From positions 1 to 64,000 of the forward strand of contig DF237292.1 of assembly GCA_000708835.1 (NCBI GenBank): 64,000 nt of DNA, read 5' to 3'. Every line of letters begins with the position of its first letter. Within the stretch, counting starts at the first letter, position 1. Both the position numbers and the translations under genes were made by a program. This DNA comes from Klebsormidium nitens (taxonomy: Eukaryota; Plantae; Klebsormidiophyceae). The notes under the pieces are model-generated. The model did no database searches, was not told where the DNA came from, and saw only the letters and a list, made by a program, of their open reading frames with translations. Positions 23,831 through 35,690 of the stretch are shown piece by piece.

Positions 23831-26800
23831 ATACAGACCCGCGGTATCCTGGTCTGCCGGCTATGTTACCACCCGGCGCAGCGCACCAGGTGTCCATCGG
23901 CCCCTCCGAGATGGAAACGTTGCAAGCGGGCCGCTGGCTGTGCACCCAAATCATCGACTTCTACGCATTGTAAGTCGCTCTCTGAATGAGTAGCCTCTTT
24001 GAAGTGCGTGGAGCACGCATTAACTTGAAAGAGTATTCGTCTCTTGCCTCCATTCTGTCTTCGTCTAGCTCCGCCTGCAGCATCTTCTGTCCTTCTTGGG
24101 TCTCTGCACGCAAGAGAGAAAGGCTACTGCTTCTGTGCGACTCGATGTCTGCCATGGTAAGGACGGGTCCATTTGCATCTAGCTTGAGCCGCCCATTAAA
24201 ACGTTCAGCTGTCTTTGTTCCAGATATCTTCAGGGGACCATGCAGCACGACCTGTCTGGAGTAGTCTTCGCCCACCTCTTCGACAAGCTCCACCGCCTCC
24301 TCCGTAGCGCGTCCCTCTCCTCGAAAGAAAGACTGGAGCAGGACCTGAAGAAGACCCTCAAGAACTGTGGCATCCAGACCGTAGAGCTGCTGCTCCAGTG
24401 CCGCTTCCTCTTTCTGCCCGTCTTCTTCAGGTACGTCCCGACAACCTGCTCAATTCCGCAGCTGCTCAATTCCGCAGCTGCCCCCTGAAGCCTCGTGCGT
24501 GGAGCATTTCGGGCTTGGATCACCTGCAGTCTGAGGTGCTCGAAGCGGAAAGCAAGTATTAGACGCGTGCGCCGAAACCTGCTCTATATTCCAGACTTCT
24601 TTTGCATTGCTCGACGAGCCACTGAACAAACTTAAGTTGTGCAGGAGCCACTTCAGCCTGGCCGTGATTGTCTCCCCCGGAGGCGATGATGGCCACGTTC
24701 TTCACCTGGACTCGATGCCGGGCCTGCACGGCGACCACGTCCAAAACGTCGTCCGGCGGTGCGCAAATCTCTCCTGATCGAGGAAGTAGTCTGAACGGTC
24801 TTCATGGGGCTGCTCTCTCTGCAGTCGACTCTCCTTGGTCAGGATTTAGATCGTGGGCAAACGTATATGGTCGTTTGGCTGTATTTTTGGACTTGGTTTC
24901 TGCTGAGCGTTGTATGGCTTTGAGTTCAGCTACGGTCCTTGGAGTAAGAGTCATCGGAACGGTGCGGTCGAGATGTAATTACTGCCAAGACTTTCAGTGA
25001 CCGTACTCGGACGAGGGACGTAAGGCCGGGGACCGAGCAGAACTCTGGTCGCTGTGGCACCTCAGCTTGATATTGCTGCTGTTGTTTGATGCAAACTGTT
25101 GTCAATGGCTTGGGTTATGGTGCACGGGGGCGACGTGCCGACGGCGTTCTTACCTCGATTTGCGCCGGAAGAATTTCCAATCGCCGCGCCGCTGGTGAGT
25201 GTTCAGGCTGTGCGGTCGGGGCCTCCGTTACTTGCAAAATCCGCTTCGCTTCAAATCGCTTTGCAATCAGAGATTCGTTGACTTTCGCTGCGCCCACAAG
25301 TCTTAAGAACATGGACCGTATGATTCTGCAGGTACCGCGCCAGCCGAACTCCTCGGACTGCGCGCTTTTCGTGTTGCAGAACATGGAGACTCTTCTGCGG
25401 AATCGTTCTCTCATAGAGAAGGTAAGCCGACGGCATCACCAAGAGCATCGCGACTTGCTACATCGATCATCTCCGCTGGTCCCTCTCACCACTGTAGGAT
25501 CATGGTTATCAGTACGCACCGAAAGAAGGCTGTTCTTTCTGCTTGGAAGCGTCTCAAAGGATCCAAAGTCCTTTCGTGCATCCGGCGCTCCTCGAGCTCT
25601 ATTTTTGCATATTCCCTCTTTGCAAATCTGTCTCTCTTTCCGTCGCAAACCAGCACAAGTCTCCATCGTGAACTTCCAATTTGCAGTTGCGTATTGACCT
25701 CGACGGACTCGATTTGTACGATCCGTCGGTGGCTGTTGACAAGCGGCGCGAGCTGCGCGCTCTCGTCTTCTCCCTCGTTGGGCACGCAGACCCCGCCGCT
25801 CCTTCTGTTCCTGAAGGTACGACGTCCTGGCATCAAGTTCCTCTAGCAACAGTGGGGTTTGAATCAGAGTTCGAGATTTTTGGTACTTTTTACCCCATAA
25901 TGCTCCAGCTTGCCGTCGAGCTTCGCGTGTTCAAAGCTGCTGGCCTGTGGTGAAGAAGAGTCTCCGGCAGCTCTCACTATCATCACGTTGATCATCGACA
26001 TAATGCTCCCCGCCTGACACAACAGGCGGGGTTTCTCGTAATTGTTCGCTACATGACAAAACTTTCTTTCTCTTTGTAAGGTTGCGTCAACTCTTCAGTT
26101 GTCACGCTCTCCCCGAGCCGCCGTCGTGTTGTTCCTGTCCCGGCCGACGGCGGAGATGCTCGAGCGGGTATGTGCGAAAAGCGTCCAGCCTTCATCACAT
26201 GTCCATTCTCCCTCTCCCCCCCGCCCCCTAAGGCACTGCTTCAAGAACGAACATTCCCGCTATCTCTTTCAGGGCGGGTTAAGCGGACTCACGGTCTGCT
26301 TTGTCCGCAATAAGTGCAGAATTGGCAAAAATTTCACCCGTCCACCTCATTGATGTTTTGTTATGATTCTTCTTCTTGATGCCGTTTGCCTGTTGAGCCT
26401 TCCAACAAATGGCTTGGCAAAAGTGCATTAGAAGGATGATGATGCAGCGATGGGCGGACTTTAACGACCCGAAAGTTCGTGCAGGTCAACATGGTCAACA
26501 TGATTCCGCCAATGCCTCGTCGACCCTAGTCCATCAGCGGCCGCTGCAGCAGCAGCCAAACAGCATCTGCGTTGCAAGACCCACGGACTCAGCCGCGACT
26601 ACACGAGGAACCATGTCAAGCTCCAAACCGATTCTGGGCCATGGTAAGCACGCACTGCTCTGATACGCTCTTATTTGCTAAAGTCGTTATGAGAACCTGA
26701 GGGTCCCGCTAACAAGCGCTTGCATGATGCATCTCTAGCATTGTGTTTCGTGCTCATGAACTGCTCCAAGAAGTCCATTTCCCTTATCACACCACTTCGG

Positions 26801-29421
26801 TGGGCACTCGCGAACGGCCGAATGTCCATTATCACGGTGACTCTGTAAAGAGGTCGCTGTTTGACAGGCCGATCCCAGGCTTGTCCTCAGAGCACGTAGT
26901 AGTGATCGACAACCAAATTCAGAAGTTAGTGGAAAGATGAAGCCGCTCGACGCCTGCTGAACCAGGAATTTCAAACAGGTGTGCATGATCCTCAAAAAGG
27001 CCCTAACGGCCGGAATTCTAAGCAGGCATAACCTGATTTGCAGGCATTAACGCTCCTCTAGTTGAGTCGAGGCCATCCTCCCCTCCACGAAAGCGGAGAA
27101 AGTTCACAACGCCGTTCCGCAAGGTGTAAATATACTTCAGAGACAGAAACGATCATTATACCAGTGTAAAATATTCTCTAACCTAGCTGCAAACTTTAGG
27201 TTCTGATCATGCCATCTACAAGAAGTGCTGCTGCGCTCTGTTTTGCAAGGCCGTAAGCAGATCCGAACTTGTATGCTCACGCATCGCGAGCTCTCGGCTT
27301 AGATAATTGAATAGCCGACTTCGGGTATGGAGCCAACGACACAGTCTCACTGACAGATTGTTGCTGAACATGGGATGGCGCTGCAACCAATAAAGGTGAG
27401 GGCTATACAAGGAGGTAACCGAGGATGCTACTATGACGTGTTGTGTTATTTGAAGACATGCAGGCCAGTTCGCGTGCAACATCCATGCCGGTTTGTCAAC
27501 AAGGTACCCAGTAACGGGGCAATAATTTGGCCCCGGCCTGTACCTTATTCAAACTCGACTCGTAACGTTGGTTCCATACGCCTCATGTTCCATCGGGGTC
27601 TAACTGTTGCGGTGCGGCCGCGCCTTTCGTTTAGTGCGAGGGCCCCTATATTGATTGATTCTGTAAAAAATTTCGATTATGGGCAAAGTTCAAGCACGTA
27701 CGTACATACAATTTCTGGCCGGGACAGATCGCATCAAAATCATGAATGCATCTATTTGATCGGATGTCAAGCTGTTTATATGTGTGTATGTATGAGCAGG
27801 GATTGCACATGCATGCAGTAGGCACACACGGCAGGGCTGTCAACTTCTGCATCTATGCCATTGAAACCACCAATTCCTTTCCGCAGCACTTTCTCTAATG
27901 ATGTGCATGTCTTTGACATGAACATGATCACATTCAATGATTGAGGACAGAACGGCAGAATAAAACACCTTAAATCGACGGCTATCTCGAGACCATGAGA
28001 TTACATCAAATCCCATGGCATGTTTGCAATGTATCGATTTGTCTTTTACTGCTGTTCAGTCTTGCCGGAGTAGGCGGATTGATATTGCCGTAACTTCCCC
28101 TATCTGTCAGCTATACAGCCTACGTACAAGAACTTATGCGGGTATTTGGCGTAGAACCACTTGCGGATCGTTGTTGTGACCCTTCTGAGTTTCTGTGTTG
28201 TTCTGGATGCAGGTCGCCAGACTTGCTAGATACTGATATTTATGCACTTCTTCCTCCCCTTTATCAATGATCATACCGATACCTGGAAGCATTGGCTCCT
28301 TGAGAGATCACTTACGTATCATCGTGGGTCTGCACATGTATTCGCATCGAAGTCAGTCACTGAAGCCGACACAGACTGCATGCGAAACGGAATTGGAGTC
28401 GTTGTAATCTTCGTGCAACATGTAGCGGCCTTGCATTGATCGGATCCATTACCAGCAATTAAACTTAAGAGGCACCAAAGAGCTGAGCAGGGCGCCCATG
28501 AGACCGTTCCATGCTAGAAGGTTTCAGTGCATTCCGGAGCAATAATAAGGCCGCCAACGTGTGCGGACACATGCAAACTAACCGACTTGAAGTACTGGCT
28601 ATATAACAAGGAAGGTCTGACATTAATTCCGACCATCGCGCCTCGCGGTGCATGGCGGTATATATAATAGATTCACAGTTGGACGCGTGGTTTGACACGA
28701 CTCATAGCAAGCTCAGTGCTTACAACTATGCATGGTCGCATCGATCATGGTTAGTATAGCCGATCATGTGGTCACATTACCATGTCGCAGATCACTACAA
28801 TAGTGGATCCTCAGACGAAGAATTTGATATACCATGTAATCAGGCAATCAACAAATTGAGATATAGCCTGCATGCATGTGTCGACATGCATGCTAACCAT
28901 ATAGCTCCAATACAGAATAAGCAGCCGGCCGATGCAAGGCCGCCTGCTGCCGCGGCATCATTCCACAATGCACATGACATATGAACACCGTTTTGGGGCG
29001 GCCCAAAGTGAGGTTTCCACGTCTAAGTCGACTCTCTGGCAAATGATAGTCTGTCCATACACTGTCGTGACAGTGACTGTCTCTGGAATGAAAGCGTGAC
29101 GAATTGGGTCAAGGTCTGCCCATGTCAGCACTGTCAAACATGTTGTCTGACTACTCAACCGAGAGCTTCTGCACTGGCTACTCTAACTACGCAAAGGCTT
29201 AAGCGAGCGGCACTGGCTATTGGGTTAGCTCAAAGCTACAATAATGTGGACACCTCCGCGCTGTACATGCCTGCGCTAACCGTGCGCTAACCCATCTCTG
29301 TATTCTGCAAGATTCGGGTTAACATATACCTCCACAAACTCAGCAGTAAGGTTGCGACCTTGTCACACACAAAAAGCGACTTCGCAGCCGCTTAGGAATT
29401 CAGCCGCCCAATAATGAGCCT

Positions 29422-30758
29422 CTAAACAAGTTCGGCACCCGGAGCAGACTGAGCCTCGGCTTGGGTTCTTCCAGGGGTGGGTGGGACTAGACTCGGGTTG
29501 TGCTCCGGCTTGTGGCTGACTTCAAAGTCAAGGTGGACGAAAGCCCTGCAAATGCACAAATCCCCAAGCTCTTCAGCGGCTTCGATAAAGTCAACATGCC
29601 TATTTTCTATCAGAACCAATTGACTCTTCTGGAAGGCATCCGGTTGATGGCTTCAGCTCTGTCATATAACGACGAGACCTACATAACGTTTCATCGAACA
29701 AAACCAAAAGGTTGCAAAACGGCTTCGCAAAGCAAGAGAAGCTTACCGTTCGATCTCTGGCAGGCGCTCTAGCTTGTTCTGAAGAGCTGTATCAACGACA
29801 GAACTGGGCGTAAGCCACGAAACCGAGCATATTCAGGTGACATAAGCACCCAGGCTTTTGTTGACGAGGTTGTACCACCAGACAAGATGAACTGCTGACC
29901 AGTCAAATAACGACGATGTATCCGACTTCACGGTCAATGAACATGACTGCAGCGTCTCCACCTACTGCACCGAGTTGCAGCCTCTCGAATGTTTGAGGAG
30001 ACTCTTCCCAAGAATCTATGCTTTTGACGCCGAACTTTGGGTTGTGACTCACACTCCCCAATATCGTGAGCCTCCCTGAGCGGCATGTCTCCAGGCAGGA
30101 CGATGTCGACCTCCGAAAACATGTGGCTCCCAAAAACGTAGGCGCGAACGGTATCAATCTGCAATGAGGAGAACCCATCCCTATGTCGGACCAATGGTCA
30201 AGGTTGGCGAAAAGTCAATGGTCCGAGAACTGCCGGTTCACAATCGTTTCGGTGCGGTTCTCTTTCCATCTGTGCGTTTCACTGTCGCAACGCTTCAGAC
30301 AAAAACTCAGATCGAAGTTGTCTACTCCAGATATTGCCAATGACAATTGTATGCTGCAAGCACCTTCGGATTCCGCTACAATTTCTTAACACACTGGCTC
30401 TCAGAAACCAGAACCAGTCCACCAACGTTTCAAACAGGCGCATTCCAGAGGCTGCTTTTTTCTCCCTGATTTCCACTCTACGTGGCCACCCTTGCGGATC
30501 CACACTCCCTTTCGAAGACGCACATTCCAACCTGAAAGCACGCTTGTTACGATACCTGGAGAATGTCCCGATGGTGATTCCAACAGAGGTAGGTGATCTT
30601 AGCAAGGAACTCCGGGGGTGCGCTCTGGCCCACAAGCGATTGTACATTTTCTCTCACGGTGCCGGACCAGTTGACGATAGTGTACAGCGCCAAAAGGATG
30701 GCGCCAGTGGGGTCAATCCACCACTCAAACTGGTCAGCCACCAGGGCCGCAGCCAGGC
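29422..30758 (-). CDS. MTP: MTP 3' half (exons 4-7), open and splice-competent, with no 5' exons upstream of it
   Basis: [52 protein letters not shown]...HHRDILQ (30758-30556) | [35 protein letters not shown] | [13 protein letters not shown] | [16 protein letters not shown]...stop. No disablements seen. Confidence 0.9.
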
Positions 30759-31043
30759 CTGAAGGAAAAGTAATTAGAGTAAGCAGGGACAGACTGATTC
30801 GAGAATTCTGTTGAGCCTGACAGCCGCGTTCAGAAGAGAGGTAATCACACATCTCATTTTGGTTCAGCATGTAAAACAGATCTCATGTACCACTTACACA
30901 TGCTATAGGGATGCCAACTCCCTATTCTATTATAGCAACTTCTTATGTAGGAGTACGATCAGATAATCGGAAGTAAGCGCTATCGAAAAAATTGCAGTTG
31001 CCTCGACTTTGACTTTCCCTAAGGCCACGACGAGAAGCCAGAG

Positions 31044-31498
31044 TGTCAATGTGATGGCCGCCTTACACCTACTTTCTTTTCCCAAGCACATCGGGGACAA
31101 GGGAAGGGCGCTGGTATTTTCGACAACTTAGGCAATACGGAGTCCGACTTTCGAGCCGTGTCTGAACAGTAAAGAGATATAGGAGCAGCCTGGCAGTTGC
31201 AAGATTATGAGTGGAGACCCGAAGATCGCAGGCCTAACTTGGTATATCTATCTACAGGTGCTGGGGCCGGTACCGGAGGACCTGCATGAGCCAGGTGCTG
31301 TTCGTGGGTCGCATTTATGCATTAAATCCCCTGCATAGCAGAATCTGGCATGGCGGATACGAAATACTAGAGCGTATAGTCCCGCTAGCCGAAGTATTCG
31401 ACTTGGTTCCTTTAAAACCTCTTGGCCAGGAGACGAGAATCCTGTCGCCGAATTTCGTAATGGACAGCGGCTTAAACTAGCCTAAAACACGCATGACA
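31044..31498. mobile_element. Possible solo-LTR-like segment (455 bp, TGTCA...TGACA)
   Basis: Starts exactly where similarity to MTP intron 3 ends and has 5-bp inverted termini typical of LTRs. No matching target-site duplication, primer-binding site or polypurine tract was seen. Confidence 0.2.
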
Positions 31499-32146
31499 AA
31501 GCGTTGTGCTGCTTTAAACCGTGAATGGGTTCGAAGTTTCATTCCATAGTCCCTGCGGCGGCGCAAGTGCCCCAACCCGGCGCGCGTCTGCCGCGCATTT
31601 ACTCAACTGCTTGCGCGGAATCGATTGGGTGGCGTGTCGCGGTGCACTCGTTCTTAGCTCCACCAGTGATTCTTACTTTGTTTGAGAATGTATTACACTC
31701 AAAACAATCGAAAGTCCATATGACGATGATGTCGACATGACCACATGTGCGATCGGCACGCCGGGTGCAAGTACAGGAGAATTGAAAGCTTACATGGCAG
31801 CACGAGATATCGGACCGTCTCAAACATGCATCATTGCTGCGACACGTTTCACGGTACAGGCTGGTATTGCTTAGTACACTCAAGGATTATACTGTAAGGT
31901 ATATATATATATGAGAGGGACGTTCACCATGCGCGCCGAAATTACACACGCGATTACTTCGACGTACGTGCCCTGCATTCGACCTGTTCAACTCGCGGCA
32001 TGCCACGCTTGAATATATAATCAGTTGTAATGCTTGTTCACTGTTCGTTAACTAATTTGGGAACTAACCAAGTGTAACTTAGTCTTGCCGAAGCGCCACT
32101 TCTTGGGGACAGCCTAAAGAGTCCATCCGCGAAGCTCCCGCGATCT

Positions 32147-35100
32147 TCACTGCTCACTCATCTTTGCGATGGCTCGATTTAACTCCTGCATCCGCAGACG
32201 CCGAGGCATGACATCGTTAAGCTGCTCTGAGAAACTCAAATAAAATCGTCTTGACTGGCGAACAAGTGGGATAAAATACTTACACAAGCCGATTCTGCGG
32301 GGGAGAGACGCAAAGATGGACGCAATATGCATTCACCGGAATCACTACTCCCGGTAGGTAGAGGGGGCGGGGCATCCATACTGAGCGGGAATTACCTCAA
32401 TCAGATGCGCACGCCTTTGCACGAAGTCGTGACGCACAGGCACGTCGGCCCGCAGCTCCTGCAGCTCACTTGCCACATCAGTCCCCGCTTTCATCGTGGC
32501 CAGCCGGGCCGATACCATGGCAAGGATGCGCTGCTTTGGACCAAGGACGAGAGAACGGGTCAAACAGGCTCAAGAGGCCTCATGCGAGCAACTCCGCTGT
32601 GATTCAATATCCGATGATCACTGCCACTAGTGTATGACCCGGCGCACTTGCTGACAACCGGCTATAGGGACTGCTGAGTACTGATCAGGACGGTTTCCGG
32701 AGTGGAACGATTGCACGGAGACAGGAAACAGAGCCGGTTCGAACATCACAACTAATCATCTGGAATGTCCGCACTATCCACTCACCTCGACTTCGAGCAG
32801 CGCATCGTTGTACAATCGCGGCCGCTGGTCACTGTTCTCCTTCTCAACGCTGACGTCCTGCAATCAGTACTGACAACGTGGAGTCCATTCTCTGGTTTTC
32901 TATCCTTAGATCTGCTCGCATCTGGACCGAAAGTCCTCGAGCAATCATTTTCAAAGCCTTGCGCTTGGTTCTCCAACCAAGGTCAGCGCATTCGTATTAC
33001 CAGCTTGGAGTTTCTGCGGGTGTGCTTCTCCGCCCTGCAAAGGACGGAGCAATACATGTTGAACCGCGAGCGGGCGGAATAGACCAAGATCCGAGTAACG
33101 CCGGTACACAACAAGGTGCTGAGCACAAGACCGGGCCGAACTGCTACAATTTCGAGCACCGGTACAAAAACAAATTAATCACGTGCACAGTGTGCGACCT
33201 GCCCGTTAGGCGTCCTGCTACTCACCTCGGTTTCTTATACTTCTGGCGGTGCCCGCCGCGCTCGTCCTGGTTAGAAGAAGATGACACAATAAAAATCAGG
33301 CGTCATTCTCGACTCACGATTGAATCAAGTGGTTTCGAGGAAGAATGGACCCTCACCACTCCGTCGATTTCTTCTACAGGACTGATTTCGTTTTAAGACG
33401 CGCAATCGCTCCGCTAAAAGGAAGGTCTCTCTGGTCTTATTCAAGGATGCGCAGGGTCCAGCCCTACCTCGTCCTCGCGAAACGGCCTGCCCTCCGGCCG
33501 CGGACGTGGAGGGCGTCCCGCTGCAGATTTTTTAAACGAGGCGCCTTCCACATGTTCAGTAAGCACATCACATCAATAAGCACTCGAAGAGTGAATGAAC
33601 ACGTTAAGTTCGCGGTCCAAGGTGCTGAAGGCCTGCCATCACGGAAACCGATCCCCGAGAGTCGGGCCTTTCAGAAAGACGGGCAAGAATGGACTTACGC
33701 TCTCAGCGGTCCGAGTCCGGACGACGCAGCCCCGGCGTCCTGCGCTCGTAGTAGATGCGAAGGGCCTGAGATTTTTGCGTCTGATCAAGGTCATATACAT
33801 CCCTGTCGGCTCTATAACGAACTCGTTTCAGATGTGCGCTTGAACCGTGAAAACTTCTTCGAACGGAGGTTGGAACACAGACAGATCGGCGAAGCTCCTA
33901 TCTGGCGTAGTGAGAGTGCTCACCCTTTGAGCCTGCTCCTCTGGCGCGACAGAAAGGTTCCTGCAATCAAAATCCATACGTCTCAAGGAACAGAGGCACG
34001 TATGTCTGCTTTGTTGAAGGATTCTGAGGAAACAAACTTCTAGGCGCCTTATCGTCAAGAGACTTAGCGCGTTTGGCAGGAAAAACAGAGGTGCTCAGCT
34101 ATTGGACTCCCCACTTACACATGATTTTGAGCGACAGGCAACTGATCCACAGTGCTCTCGCCGCGCCTGCTGCAGTCGTGGGCCAAAGGGCCGTCAGCAG
34201 GGCTCCTAAGCTCATCGGAAGCAGTCATCATGAGAACTCTGCAAGCAGAAATGAACGAAGCATGTCAGAATTGCAAATTAATCGTCGCTGAAAATGCAGA
34301 CCGTCGTATAGCCCGCTCTGTCAAGGTCGATCAACAACCTGCTCCAGTTAGACGGCGATAAATTAAGGAAGCCTATAACGTCGAATGATGTAGCGGAACA
34401 TTCAAACTGACGGACTCCTCTACATTTTACATCGGAAACCCGAAACTCTTGAAGCGAAAGTCAACTTGTAAGCGTGCAAGCAAATTATCCACGCTCATGC
34501 AACAAAGAGGTATCTCCCAAGACTGTATTCCAACTGGGGCCAACGCGCAGAAGAGTGTGTCAATCGTGAACATCTTACAGAATTAGAGAACTGCACGACC
34601 TATTCCTTCCGCAGATGCTTGAAATTGGTACTTACTTTTTCAGCCGTCCAGAAGACGCCACTCCGGCGTCCTGCGGTCGCAGTGGAGAAGAAAGGGCTAG
34701 GTATTTTTGCGGTTAATCACAGAACGATTATGTCTCTGTCTGCTCACCAGCTAACCCTTTGAAGATGCACCTTTATGTAAACAGCATCCATAATCAGAGT
34801 CTGGCACTCAGTCAGCTCAAAGGAGGTCCTTTATGACTCAAAGCGAGTGCTCACCACTCCATTCTGCTTGTGCAGCGCGTCAAGAAGCCTCCTGCACTCG
34901 AAGGTCACATAGTTAGTGCTTAAAAGGCACTACGTGTCTGCTCTGATGAACAGACCTGTGCATGGAAGCAGCAACCAGGCGCCCTATCTTTCAAAGACGT
35001 AGCAAATTCAGGGGAAATCGAAGGTGCTCAGCTCTTTGACTCCAACTCGCAGGTGGTCTTGAGCAATGAACAACTGATCCACCCTGTTCTCGCCATACCC

Positions 35101-35690
35101 GGTGGAATTCGCAGAGTTGTAGTGGTTTGTGTTCGGCGTAAAAAGGCCGGTAGAAGTGCTCCTGTCCTTGTCGGTCGAGGTCATCGCAAGTTCTCTGAGC
35201 GGAGAGGAATGAAGCACGTCAGCATTACAGACGGTTCATCCTTGAACATGCGAACTGTTATCTTGGACGCTCGTGCTAGGTTTAATCCCCATACTGCTTC
35301 AATTAGATGGCAATGAATACAAGCATGAAGACGGACGCTCCAGCAGAGCAGTCATCTCGCTGCTCGTCGCAATACCTCACGAACAGAGTCATGAACGGCA
35401 TCTGCAGCTCTTGAAGCGTGATCTGAACTTAGAAAGCCAAAGTGTGCAACTGAAATCTGAACGACCATATAACGAAGAGATATTTCCCAACGGAATTTCA
35501 AAGTGGCAAATTTACTTGCAAGACCTCGAAGAAAAGCTTTTCCAAACGTTCAATAGCATGACCTGCTCTTGCCAGTGAGACGTGAGACGCCTCCAAACAT
35601 GTAAATTTTCAGGTTAGCGACTCACCGTTCGTAATAGATGCACACAATGTCATTCGCCTGGTCAATCTAGAACAGAAAGCTCAGACTCAA
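32147..35690 (-). CDS. Orphan multi-exon gene of unknown function with an internally duplicated three-exon cassette
   Basis: More than 10 small exons with strong splice signals and mostly compatible phases (e.g. GHAIERLEKLFFEVLQ, ITLQELQMPFMTLFVR, DVSVEKENSDQRPRLYNDALLEVE, QRILAMVSARLATMKAG...AHLIE). The 5' end and one internal junction are not resolved. Confidence 0.5.

Larger units (their letters stand above)
16714..25953 (+). pseudogene. Large multi-exon gene, probably partly disabled: Pro/Gln-rich N-terminus, unknown domain, degenerate HNH-like domain, acidic linker, C-terminal Ulp1/C48 SUMO-protease domain; likely transposon-associated
   Basis: A chain of GT-AG exons runs from 16.8 to 25.8 kb. 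C48 motifs: SIGPSEMETLQAGRWLCTQIIDFY (23890-23970), FLFLPVFF|RSHFSLAVI (H 24649), LHLDSMPGLH (D 24709), VPRQPNSSDCALFV (C 25359). Apparent frameshift near 21505 and possible TGA stops at 20459 and 20739, which depend on my exon model. Gene boundaries are approximate. Confidence 0.65.

Noticed and set aside
26400-29400. Short ORFs and TGCA/CATG-rich sequence as genes
   Set aside because: No recognisable domains and no consistent exon chain; probably decayed repeat or intergenic DNA.
33345-34043. 232-aa + strand ORF as a gene or retroelement fragment
   Set aside because: No gag, RT or integrase motifs; it is antisense to well-formed minus-strand exons.
33699-34670. Two aligned in-frame TGA codons suggesting selenocysteine or readthrough in the orphan gene
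   Set aside because: They arise from the wrong frame. Synonymous substitutions between the duplicated exons support the DAG(V/A)ASSG frame, which has no stop.
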